From contig CAWJOP010000002.1 in the NCBI GenBank assembly GCA_963844535.1, forward strand, positions 668 through 64,667: a DNA stretch of 64,000 nucleotides, in the 5' to 3' direction. A program made the translations under genes and the position numbers. This document shows, piece after piece, positions 36,764 to 45,768 of the stretch. The notes under the pieces were generated by a model. The model ran no database searches. It was not told the DNA's origin and saw only the letters and a list, made by a program, of their open reading frames with translations. The stretch's first letter is position 1, and every line of letters starts with the position of its first letter. This stretch comes from an uncultured Gammaproteobacteria bacterium. Its GTDB lineage: Bacteria > Pseudomonadota > Gammaproteobacteria > CAWJOP01.

Positions 36764-37949
36764 ACAAAAGTTTAATCATATTTTTAAGGAAATGCGCAGC
36801 AAAATTGAGTTCCAGCTTGAAGATCGGTTGCGCCGACGAAATTTTATTCTTGGTATTTTGTTAGCGATTGTCCTCATCATATTTTTTTCGCGTATATGGA
36901 CGGCAATTTTGCTGCATCGTGATACTGAAGTAGATGCTATTCCTGCTGTTGCTGCGATGACGGTAGCTCAAGGATCAGCGAAGGAAAAAATTGTTTTACC
37001 AGGCAATGTACAAGCTTGGCATGAAGCACCTATTTATGCACGTACGAATGGCTATATTAAAAAATGGTACGTTGATATTGGCAGTCGCGTTAAAGTAGGT
37101 GATTTGTTAGCGGAGATTGAAGCACCAGAATTGGATGCACAGTTACGCCAGGCAGAAGCAGATTTAACAACGGCACAAGCAAATGACAAATTGGCACAAT
37201 CAACAGCAAAACGTTGGTTGATTTTGGTAAAAACAGATTCTGTTTCCAAACAAGAAACAGATGAGAAAGTTAGTGCAGCGAAAGCCTCAACTGCGATAGT
37301 GGCTGCTGCACATGCAAATCGGGATAGATTACGTGAATTGGTAAGTTTTGAACATGTTATTGCTCCCTTTGCTGGGGTGATTACTTTGCGTGCTACAGAT
37401 ATTGGTGCGCTTATTGATGCGGGCAGTAGTCCTACTGCAAAACCTTTATTTCGTATTGCACAGGCTAATCCATTACGTATTTATGTAAAAGTACCACAAA
37501 ATTATGCGTTTACTATTAAACCGAATATGAAAGTTACATTGCATTTTGCCGAACATCCAGGCAAAAAATTTCCTGCTACTCTTTTGCAAACAGCAGATGC
37601 AATTGATCCTGTTACGCGAACTCTATTGACACAATTTGTTGCCAATAATGCCAATGATGAATTATTGCCAGGTGGTTACACCGAAGTACATTTTACTTTG
37701 CCGCTTTCTGCTCAAACAATTCGTTTGCCGGTTAATACTTTGTTATTTCGTAAGGAAGGATTACAGGTTGCTACTTTGACTAAAGACAATAAGATTCTGT
37801 TGAAATCTATTGCCATTAGTCGTGATTTTGGTAATGAGGTAGAAATTAATGCAGGGTTAAATCCAGGAGAAAGAGTGGTTTTAAATCCACCAGATTCGGC
37901 TTTTAATGGGGAGAAAGTGCGAGTAGTTACAGGGAAATCTCCTCTATGA
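36756..37949 (+). CDS. Efflux membrane-fusion (periplasmic adaptor) protein, HlyD-like
   Basis: Start at the ATG at 36756, with an AAGGA ribosome-binding site and an ATGCTTAA overlap with the RND stop. N-terminal TM helix. Coiled-coil and lipoyl/beta-barrel regions. The listed ORF start at 36654 would overlap the RND gene by 110 nt. Confidence 0.75.
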   Translation: MLKQKFNHIFKEMRSKIEFQLEDRLRRRNFILGILLAIVLIIFFSRIWTAILLHRDTEVDAIPAVAAMTVAQGSAKEKIVLPGNVQAWHEAPIYARTNGYIKKWYVDIGSRVKVGDLLAEIEAPELDAQLRQAEADLTTAQANDKLAQSTAKRWLILVKTDSVSKQETDEKVSAAKASTAIVAAAHANRDRLRELVSFEHVIAPFAGVITLRATDIGALIDAGSSPTAKPLFRIAQANPLRIYVKVPQNYAFTIKPNMKVTLHFAEHPGKKFPATLLQTADAIDPVTRTLLTQFVANNANDELLPGGYTEVHFTLPLSAQTIRLPVNTLLFRKEGLQVATLTKDNKILLKSIAISRDFGNEVEINAGLNPGERVVLNPPDSAFNGEKVRVVTGKSPL

Positions 37950-39400
37950 AAAAATTAATTGTGATAGAGATTTTTGCCCTGTTGTTAACTGCATGCTCAT
38001 TTGCTCCAAAATATCAGTGTCCTCCTCCTATGCCAATTCCTGCTCACTATAAAGAATATAAAGGATCAGAAAAGTGGGTGCTTGCTAAAGCTATGCCACC
38101 TAGCAAGCGATGTGAACCATGGTGGGAACTATTTGATGATCCGGTTTTAAATCAGCTCGAAGCAAAAGTGATATGTGCTAATCAAAATTTACAAGTAGCA
38201 TATGCACGTTACAAAGAAGCACGCGCAGCCGCAGACGTTGCACGAGCAGCTTATTATCCCCAATTGATAGGAGTAGGAAACGTTGATAGACAACAAGTTT
38301 CTCATAATGTTGCTAATCCACAGCCAGTAAATTTGTTTAATGATTTTTTAATAGGCGCTGATTTAAGTTATGAAGTTGATGTATGGGGCCGGGTGCGTAA
38401 TGCAGTTGCTGCTAGTGAAGAGCGGGCGCAAGCTAGTGCATTTGATCTTGCGGCAGTTGATTTAAGTTTGCATGCCGAACTTGCTAATGATTATTTTGCT
38501 TTACGCGGCGATGAATTGGCTCAGTGTGTGTTAGATGAAACGGTGATTGCCTATCAAAAAGCATGGTATTTAACTAAAAAGCGTCATGAAGGCGGTAGGG
38601 TGTCAGAAGCGGATGTCGACGAGGCAGAAACGCAACTTGAGAATGCTAAGACGCTAGCAACAGATATGCGGTTAAAACGTGCGCAACTTGAGCATGCAAT
38701 TTCCGTTTTGATTGGAGAAATTCCTGCTAATTTTGTTATGCCAAAAGCGCAATGTAGCATGGCATTGATCAAGCTTTCTCCCAATCTTCCTTCTACATTG
38801 TTAGAATGCCGGCCAGATATTGCAGCGGCAGAGCAGCGAGTAGAAGCAGCTAATGCTGATATTGGTGTGGCGCGAGCTGCGTTTTATCCCGATTTTAATT
38901 TGGTTGCAATCAGTGGTTTTGAAAGCGCTAAGATATCCAACTTAATTTCTAAACCCAGTTTATTTTGGTCTCTTGGGCCCGCTGTGGCATTAACTTTGAT
39001 CCAACCGACAGTTACCCAAGTATTGATAGATGGTGGAAGATTGCGAGGATTACTCAATCAAGCAACAGCCAGTTATCATGAGGCGGTGGCTACATATCGG
39101 CAAACAGTGCTGACTGCTTTTCAAGAAGTGGAAGATAATCTAGTTGCTGTTCGAAGGCTCAATCAGGAGAATGGCACACAAACTGCAGCAACTGCCGCAG
39201 CGAAGCGTGCTCTGATTCAAGCACAGTATCGCTATCGTGGTGGTGTCTCAACTTTTCTTGATGTAGTAGTAGTAGAAAATGCTGCGTTGCAAGCCGAGCT
39301 TGCATCGATTGATATTCGTACACGTCGCCAGCTTGCAAGCGTGCAGTTGATTAAGGCGTTGGGAGGTAGGGTGGAGTGTTGTTTTAGAATTTCAGAATAA
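37946..39400 (+). CDS. Outer-membrane efflux lipoprotein (NodT/TolC family)
   Basis: 484 aa. Lipobox LLTACS. Two repeated alpha-helical/beta-barrel halves. Start overlaps the membrane-fusion gene stop (ATGA). Confidence 0.8.
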   Translation: MKKLIVIEIFALLLTACSFAPKYQCPPPMPIPAHYKEYKGSEKWVLAKAMPPSKRCEPWWELFDDPVLNQLEAKVICANQNLQVAYARYKEARAAADVARAAYYPQLIGVGNVDRQQVSHNVANPQPVNLFNDFLIGADLSYEVDVWGRVRNAVAASEERAQASAFDLAAVDLSLHAELANDYFALRGDELAQCVLDETVIAYQKAWYLTKKRHEGGRVSEADVDEAETQLENAKTLATDMRLKRAQLEHAISVLIGEIPANFVMPKAQCSMALIKLSPNLPSTLLECRPDIAAAEQRVEAANADIGVARAAFYPDFNLVAISGFESAKISNLISKPSLFWSLGPAVALTLIQPTVTQVLIDGGRLRGLLNQATASYHEAVATYRQTVLTAFQEVEDNLVAVRRLNQENGTQTAATAAAKRALIQAQYRYRGGVSTFLDVVVVENAALQAELASIDIRTRRQLASVQLIKALGGRVECCFRISE

Positions 39401-39406
39401 TGAGAA

Positions 39407-40042
39407 TTAGTCTATAGGGCCAATGATTTTACGTTTTAATGCATTAATTTTCTCAAATATATCAGTAATGTCTTGCTCAAAGTTTTGAGTTTCAAAGGTA
39501 GAGGTATTATTCGCTTTGGCGCTAACTAAAGCTTGTTTTAATAATCCATAGGTTTTTGTTAAATCTTCAATTGTTTTTTCAATTAAATTTCTGTCATTCC
39601 TTATTTGTATTAGTCTCTTAGAAGCTAAACGAAGTTTTTCTATGTTCCACTTTCCCTTAATCGTTTTCCCCTTCCAGGAAAAATCAGTTTGATCGATATG
39701 CTTTTCAATTTTATCTCTACGAGGGTTTAAAATAACTTCACATGAAAATTTTTGAGTATAGGTTGGCCAATAGTCTCCTTTATAAGCATTACAATCTCTA
39801 CAAGCATAAAGTAGGTTAGAATATTTTGCTGCTAATTTTGGGAATTTGCTTTTAGGTTTATAATGATCAATGTGAAAGGATTTTGAACCGCCAAGCTCTG
39901 GTTCGCGTGTTCCGCAATATACGCATCTATGGAAAAACTCTTCCCTAAGTTTTGATTTATAAATTTTATAATGATTGTCGTTTTTCATTCTCTTTTGCTT
40001 CAATGGGAGAAATTTCTTGCTGTGTGCTTGTAGAAGTATCAA
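39407..40042 (-). CDS. HNH-family nuclease (N-terminal HNH; C-terminal helical region)
   Basis: HNH motif CVYCGTREPELGGSKSFHIDHYKPKS...LLYACRDCNAYKG. The 5' end overlaps the upstream gene by 23-77 nt depending on the start chosen. Third gene of the three-gene minus-strand cassette. Confidence 0.65.
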   Translation of the reverse strand: MILLQAHSKKFLPLKQKRMKNDNHYKIYKSKLREEFFHRCVYCGTREPELGGSKSFHIDHYKPKSKFPKLAAKYSNLLYACRDCNAYKGDYWPTYTQKFSCEVILNPRRDKIEKHIDQTDFSWKGKTIKGKWNIEKLRLASKRLIQIRNDRNLIEKTIEDLTKTYGLLKQALVSAKANNTSTFETQNFEQDITDIFEKINALKRKIIGPID

Positions 40043-40568
40043 ACTGCGGAGCTCTTGTAGGAGTATCGAGTTCTGTAGGATTAATAAACGGGGGCTCAGT
40101 GGTATTTTTTGATTCTGTTGGAAGATAATGCGAATACTTTTTTAACTTTGCTTGAGCAAACAAAACAATCTTATTGAGTTCGTTTTCTTCAATAAAATTT
40201 TCTTTTTCAAGTTGATAAAGTAATAAATCTAGCTTATCAAGCTCAATGTCAATTTTAGCGAGCTTTCTTTTGTAATAAGGCAGAAAATATTTTAAGGGAT
40301 TATCCAGGATTTTATTGCGTGCTTGAATCAAAGGTTTTTTAAGGTTCATTATGTTTTCTATAATTTGTTCCTGGTTTTTCTCAAGTGTAATTGCAATTGA
40401 TGAAGATTCTAAATCACTTTTAGTTTGTTTAAGTAATGTGTCGGATTTTGATATGCTTAAACTAAAATCGTTTAACACCGGCTTTATTTTAGCAATATGT
40501 TTATCGGGATTCTGAAGTATCAGTTCTTTCGAGAGAGTGGTAGAAGCAAAATTGATAGAACTGGTCAT
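39966..40568 (-). CDS. Hypothetical coiled-coil protein with a Pro/Thr-rich C-terminus
   Basis: 200-aa ORF. Its start overlaps the stop of the upstream gene by 1 nt (TAATG). Predicted helical or coiled coil (LDKLDLLLYQLEKENFIEENELNKI). Confidence 0.45.
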   Translation of the reverse strand: MTSSINFASTTLSKELILQNPDKHIAKIKPVLNDFSLSISKSDTLLKQTKSDLESSSIAITLEKNQEQIIENIMNLKKPLIQARNKILDNPLKYFLPYYKRKLAKIDIELDKLDLLLYQLEKENFIEENELNKIVLFAQAKLKKYSHYLPTESKNTTEPPFINPTELDTPTRAPQFDTSTSTQQEISPIEAKENEKRQSL

Positions 40569-41323
40569 TATTCAACCTCCATTAGGTAACGTAGTTTTTC
40601 AGTAATGATCGTTTCAAAAACACTACTAAGTATATTATGTGCCTGAGTTGCAAGAGAAAGTATTTTGTTTTGTACAGGGCTAATTTCTGTGGTTGTATAG
40701 CAGTCAATATCGAGGATAAATCTGTTACCTATTTCTCCTGGTTTTAAAGCATCTGTCATGAATTTGGTTCGTATTTCAAAATTTTGATCACATTGATTTT
40801 TATCGGTTTCTATTTCATTAAGTAGTGTTAAGTCAAGACCTTTTAAATTGGAAAGCGAGGAAGGGATTTGAAATCCTAAACAAAAATAGTCAGAGAGATT
40901 AATTTTTTCTTCAGGAATTAAAAAGCTATTAATATACCTGGTTGCTACTCGTGTAACGTTAGAAGGTTTTGCTAAGTCAATGTAGGCATTAATTGCAGCA
41001 TAAATTGTTTCACTAAAGTTTTCCCAAGAGGTATATCTTAAACAATTAGCAACTACTATCCCTGGCCCAACTTGCAGTAATTCAGTGCCATCTTCTTTGC
41101 AGGCTTGAATTGAAGGTGCTTGTATAGGGGGAGTATTGTGAGAAGCGCCTAAAAAAACAGAAATGTGTTTAATATCCTGTTTTTTTGGATATAGTTGTCT
41201 TACTTTCTCAAAAAATTGGCCAGGAATGGCTGAATCAAAACCTGCATAATCAAACTTTACTTCAAAAATTGCTTCTTGAATTGCAGGTTTTTTATACTTG
41301 CGCCTAATTGTTTTATTGTTCAT
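40568..41323 (-). CDS. Uncharacterised protein resembling the TIGR04255 family
   Basis: 251 aa. N-terminal YKKPAIQEAIFEVKFD and the internal ...TRYINSF motif recall the TIGR04255 consensus. This assignment is from memory and has not been searched. First gene of the cassette. Confidence 0.45.
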   Translation of the reverse strand: MNNKTIRRKYKKPAIQEAIFEVKFDYAGFDSAIPGQFFEKVRQLYPKKQDIKHISVFLGASHNTPPIQAPSIQACKEDGTELLQVGPGIVVANCLRYTSWENFSETIYAAINAYIDLAKPSNVTRVATRYINSFLIPEEKINLSDYFCLGFQIPSSLSNLKGLDLTLLNEIETDKNQCDQNFEIRTKFMTDALKPGEIGNRFILDIDCYTTTEISPVQNKILSLATQAHNILSSVFETIITEKLRYLMEVE

Positions 41324-41399
41324 AACAAATACCTAGGTTAATTTTAACAATGGTATATCATAGGCCAATACCGTATCAAATAGGTTATGATTTTTATCT

Positions 41400-42641
41400 A
41401 TGAAAATCTTTAAAAAATTTATTTCTCTTGAAGCTGCTGGTGGGTATTGTCTGTTTTTGGCAGCTGCGATTGCCATTTTATGGAGCAATTCGCCTGTTCA
41501 AGCAAGTTATGATGCGCTAATCAATGCAAATTTTATATTTAAGAGCAAGACTTTAAATTCAGTAGTGCCAATTTCTTTTGTTATTGATGAAGGATTGATG
41601 ACCTTATTTTTTTTTCTGGTCGGGCTTGAAATTAAGCGAGAATTGCTCATAGGAGAATTAAATAGCGTTAAAAGAGCCATGTTGCCCGCAATTGCGGCAT
41701 TAGGTGGTATGGTCATTCCAGCAATGATTTATGTTGGATTAAATTGGAATAATCCTGTAGGCCTTGGTGGCTGGGCAATTCCAACTGCTACCGATATTGC
41801 TTTTTCTTTAGCAGTATTATCATTATTAAAAAGTCGAATTCCCTTAAGTCTTAAAATATTTTTAACTGCACTAGCAATCTTTGATGATTTAGGCGCCATT
41901 TTAATTATTGCAATTTTTTACACGCAAAAAATTTCTTGGCTAGGGTTAGGACTAGCGTTTTTGGTTGAAATGATTTTGGTGTTACTTAATATTTTTCAAA
42001 TAGCTCTACCAATATTGTATTTTTTGTTAGGGGCTTTAATTTGGTGGCTATTATTAGTTTCAGGAATTCATCCAACTTTGGCTGGGGTATTAGTGGCATT
42101 AACAGTGCCGCTAAAAATTCAAAAAGCTCCTCGAGCTCGGCCACTCAATGATTTACAACGCGCCTTGCATCCTTGGGTAATTTTTTTATTATTGCCACTT
42201 TTTGCTTTTATTAATTCAGGGATATCGCTAAATAGTTTGTTTGGCACTTTATTTACTAACGTTTCGCTAGGAATTTTTTTTGGCCTTTTTCTCGGCAAAC
42301 AATTAGGCGTGATGAGTTTTTGTTGGGTTGCAGTACAAAGTAAATTAGCTGAATTGCCAGCGGGAATGAATTGGAGAAATCTTTATGGAATTAGTTTGTT
42401 ATGTGGGATTGGTTTTACCATGAGTTTTTTTATTGGCTTTTTATCTTTTGAAAACGGATTATTTGATTATCAAGCCTGTCTTCGATCAGGCATTTTGTTG
42501 GGATCTTTGTTATCGGGGATTTGTGGGTATGTTTGGTTGGTTTTTGTTTCGAAAAAAAATGTTGGCATTGATGGTTCCCAGGGCAAATTTGATCGTTTGC
42601 GAAAGCCGAAGCAGTCATTTGTTGAAGAATTAAACCTATAG
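41400..42641 (+). CDS. nhaA: Na+/H+ antiporter NhaA
   Basis: 413 aa. ~12 TM helices. Conserved ...AIPTATDIAFSLAVLSLL... and LTALAIFDDLGAILIIAIFYT regions (the catalytic Asp pair). Confidence 0.85.
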   Translation: MKIFKKFISLEAAGGYCLFLAAAIAILWSNSPVQASYDALINANFIFKSKTLNSVVPISFVIDEGLMTLFFFLVGLEIKRELLIGELNSVKRAMLPAIAALGGMVIPAMIYVGLNWNNPVGLGGWAIPTATDIAFSLAVLSLLKSRIPLSLKIFLTALAIFDDLGAILIIAIFYTQKISWLGLGLAFLVEMILVLLNIFQIALPILYFLLGALIWWLLLVSGIHPTLAGVLVALTVPLKIQKAPRARPLNDLQRALHPWVIFLLLPLFAFINSGISLNSLFGTLFTNVSLGIFFGLFLGKQLGVMSFCWVAVQSKLAELPAGMNWRNLYGISLLCGIGFTMSFFIGFLSFENGLFDYQACLRSGILLGSLLSGICGYVWLVFVSKKNVGIDGSQGKFDRLRKPKQSFVEELNL

Positions 42642-42827
42642 CGCTAACCCTTATTTAATTTGCTGTTGTTTGATAGCTTTATCGCTCTTGATCAAAAATT
42701 TCTTCAACAGTCTTAGCGGTGACTAATTCATCTCCCCAGGCGCATAGTTTTTTCTCATCTTGCTCCTCCTCTAATTGTTTAATGTTGTTAATATACCGAA
42801 TTTAGGGTCGCTTGAAAAATTCGTGGG

Positions 42828-43360
42828 TAAGTGTCATTCCCGAGAAGACGCACTAGTGTCCTGGGATGCTGTATAATAAGCAAACGGGCTGTTTTTCTGT
42901 AAAAAAATAAAAATATACATCCCCTCTCCCAGTCCGAAAGCATAAAAAAATCTTCAAACTTTATTCTGGGAGAGGGCCAGGGTGAGGGAGATCGAATAAA
43001 TTTTGCTATCTCTTCTCTAGTTCAGTTAAAACGATATCTAGTATTTCGTCCACATGAAAGACTAATCATTTCTTGTCGCTTAAATTTATAGCCCTTTAAT
43101 CTTCTATTTCTTAAAAAGTACCACAATTGAGTTTCTGCTTCAGTTGCTTTTTTCTTAGTACCTTCGCATGATTTATTGGTTGTACCATTTTGTGGTTTCC
43201 CCTCACCCTGGCCCTCTCCCAGAATAAAGTTTGAAGATTTTTTTATGCTTTCGGGCTGGGAGAGGGGATGTATATTTTTATTTTTTTACAGAAAAACAGC
43301 CCGTTTGCTTATTATACAGCATCCCAGGACACTAGTGCGTCTTCTCGGGAATGACACTTA
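42828..43360. repeat. 533-bp foldback element: two 161-bp inverted repeats (1 mismatch) flanking a 211-bp non-coding spacer
   Basis: 42828..42988 is the reverse complement of 43200..43360, differing at one base (cagTccg vs cagCccg). Each arm also holds its own hairpin (CCCCTCTCCCAG...CTGGGAGAGGG). No ORF longer than 60 aa lies inside. Confidence 0.7.
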
Positions 43361-43590
43361 AATTATGAGGAAGGGGAACTAACCCACAAATTCTTTAAAC
43401 GAACCGTAAATTTCTTCGCAAAGTTTTTTTGAGCATTAAGAGAATGATTAAAAACTTTATATTCCCCTGCATCCTCAAGCATCACTGAAATATTTTCTCG
43501 AGGGTTGCTTAAAGATGATATCTTAAACTTAATTTAGATAAATACTGATCTAATTACAGTATTGTATAAAAATTATAAACATTCGGCCTG

Positions 43591-43800
43591 TTAAATATCC
43601 TTAAATTGATTGATGTGTAAATCGCCTCCAGGAAGCCGTTCTTGGCTCATATGTTGTGCTTGCCTCAGTTCTTGCAGCGGCATTTCTTTTAGCATGTGTT
43701 GCGTTTTAGTCCTCGCCGTTTTTTGAGCGGGCTTAGGCATTTTTTGCCGTAATAGTTTAAAAGGGTTACTCATTAATAAGTTCCTCCTCTTGTAAAGCAT
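43591..43800 (-). CDS. Small ORF (69 aa), possibly a truncated XRE-type HTH fragment
   Basis: C-terminal PLQELRQAQHMSQERL resembles the start of an XRE/HigA-type helix-turn-helix, but the ORF is too short for a full domain. Confidence 0.2.
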   Translation of the reverse strand: MLYKRRNLLMSNPFKLLRQKMPKPAQKTARTKTQHMLKEMPLQELRQAQHMSQERLPGGDLHINQFKDI

Positions 43801-43828
43801 TTACATAATGAGAGGTGTCATATTACTA

Positions 43829-45706
43829 TCAATTTTTTAAATAGGTATAACTATCTAATCCCTGACATAGTTCCTGTAAATAACTCGAGCGTTCTTGTTC
43901 GGTTAACTTCGCTTGGGTTAATTGTAGTTGATAAGATTCAATAAGATTTTTGCTGTCAAAATGCACATGACGCAATACGTCAGTGATGGTTTCTCCCTGG
44001 GTTGGATGGTGAAGTACATATTGATTATTTTCAGTCATTTGAACATGAATAGCATGCGTATCGCCAAATAAGTTGTGGATGTCACCTAAAATTTCTTGAT
44101 AAGCGCCTACTAAAAATATGCCGATAAAATAAGGGTTTTGCTCATCGTCTTGAGGTAGTCGTAGGGAGTTATCAAGCCCTTCTTCGTCAACGTAATGATC
44201 AATTCGTCCATCTGAATCGCAGGTAAGATCTTGCAGTATGCCACGTTCAGTAAGTGGTTGATTTAACTTAGAAAGAGGCAAGATAGGAAAGATTTGTTTA
44301 ATTGCCCAAATGTCTGGTAACGATTGAAATAAAGAAAAATTGCCAAATAATTTGTTAGCTAATTTTTCATTCAATGAGTCTAATAATTCCCGTTCAGCAC
44401 GATGGGTTGCACTCAGCGATTTGCGCACTTTTATACAGGTTGCTAGGTAAATTTCTTCTGCTTTTGCGCGCTGTTCTAACGTAATAAGACCATGAACGTA
44501 CATAGTTTGGGCTTCGTTAAAAAAGTGATAGGCGTCGTGATAAATCTCAATAGCAGAGCGATTAGCTAAATGATTATAACTTTCAAAAAGATCATGAATA
44601 ATGCGTGGCTCGTTGGCCGTTGGTGCAGTAATTTCTTTAGTAAGCAAAAGACGTTCGTTTTCAATAATATTAGTGACGAGCACTGCATGGTGCGCGGTCA
44701 TGGCTCGCCCTGATTCGGTGATGATTTGTGGATGTGGTAGCTTTTCTGCCACACAGATTTCTTTAAGTGTATGAACAATATTGTGAGCGTATTCTTCAAT
44801 GCTATAGTTCATTGAGCAGCTGCTACGCGATCTAGTTCCTTCATAATCAATTCCTAAGCCGCCGCCAACATCAATACATTCAATTGGCGCGCCGAGCTGA
44901 CATAGTTCAGCATAGTAGCGCGCACACTCGCGCATGCCGCGCTGAATATCGCGGATATTGGCAATTTGTGAGCCAAGGTGAAAATGGATCAGTTTAAGAC
45001 AATCAAGATAATTAGCAGTTTTAAGTTGCAAAATGGCTGATAAAACTTGCATGGGCGATAACCCAAATTTTGATTTTTCTCCACCGGTGTTTTGCCATTT
45101 GCCTACACCAATCGATGCGAGCCTTACACGGATGCCTAGGATAGGTCTAATATTTAGCTTGGCTGATTCTTCGAGAATAATCTTTAATTCAGATAGTTTC
45201 TCAATAATAAGATAAACACGATGACCCAGTTTTTGTCCAATGAGTGCAAGACGAATATAGGTTCTATCTTTGTAACCATTACAGACAACAATAGATTCAC
45301 CTGGAGTTGAAAGCGCTAAGACCGCCATAAGTTCAGGCTTACTGCCTGCTTCAAGGCCAATGCGATGCTGGCCATGATGAAGTAGTTGTTCTACCACAGC
45401 GCGTTGCTGATTCACTTTAATTGGATAAACCGCTTTGTATCCGCCTTGATAAGCATTTTCTTTGATGGCCTTATCGAAAGCGTTGCATAGTAGGTTGAAC
45501 TTTTCATTTAAAATATCATTAAAACGAATGAGTACTGGTAGTGATAATCCTAGGGTTTGGATGGCTTGAATCAGCTCAATAAAATCGATGCCTGGTTGAT
45601 TTTGTTTTCGGTTAGGGTAAGCAGTAAGGTGGCCTTTTTGATTGATGGCAAAAAATCCATCGCTCCAATGTGCGATGTTATATAGATTTTTATTGGCCTT
45701 GAGCAT
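43829..45706 (-). CDS. speA: Biosynthetic arginine decarboxylase
   Basis: Starts MLKANKNLYNIAHWSDGFFAINQKGHLTAY at the ATG at 45706, with a GAGGAAA ribosome-binding site. The PLP-dependent fold-III decarboxylase domain is present. The listed ORF start at 45784 adds 26 unsupported codons. Confidence 0.85.
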   Translation of the reverse strand: MLKANKNLYNIAHWSDGFFAINQKGHLTAYPNRKQNQPGIDFIELIQAIQTLGLSLPVLIRFNDILNEKFNLLCNAFDKAIKENAYQGGYKAVYPIKVNQQRAVVEQLLHHGQHRIGLEAGSKPELMAVLALSTPGESIVVCNGYKDRTYIRLALIGQKLGHRVYLIIEKLSELKIILEESAKLNIRPILGIRVRLASIGVGKWQNTGGEKSKFGLSPMQVLSAILQLKTANYLDCLKLIHFHLGSQIANIRDIQRGMRECARYYAELCQLGAPIECIDVGGGLGIDYEGTRSRSSCSMNYSIEEYAHNIVHTLKEICVAEKLPHPQIITESGRAMTAHHAVLVTNIIENERLLLTKEITAPTANEPRIIHDLFESYNHLANRSAIEIYHDAYHFFNEAQTMYVHGLITLEQRAKAEEIYLATCIKVRKSLSATHRAERELLDSLNEKLANKLFGNFSLFQSLPDIWAIKQIFPILPLSKLNQPLTERGILQDLTCDSDGRIDHYVDEEGLDNSLRLPQDDEQNPYFIGIFLVGAYQEILGDIHNLFGDTHAIHVQMTENNQYVLHHPTQGETITDVLRHVHFDSKNLIESYQLQLTQAKLTEQERSSYLQELCQGLDSYTYLKN

Positions 45707-45768
45707 AGTGTTTCCTCTATTAGGGCGGCTATAATGGTGCATCTTTTTTTGAAAAGCAAATACTCTAT

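Noticed and set aside
43176-43361. 61-aa ORF inside the right arm of the foldback element
   Set aside because: It lies wholly within a perfect inverted repeat. The mirror-image arm lacks the same ORF orientation, so coding is unlikely.
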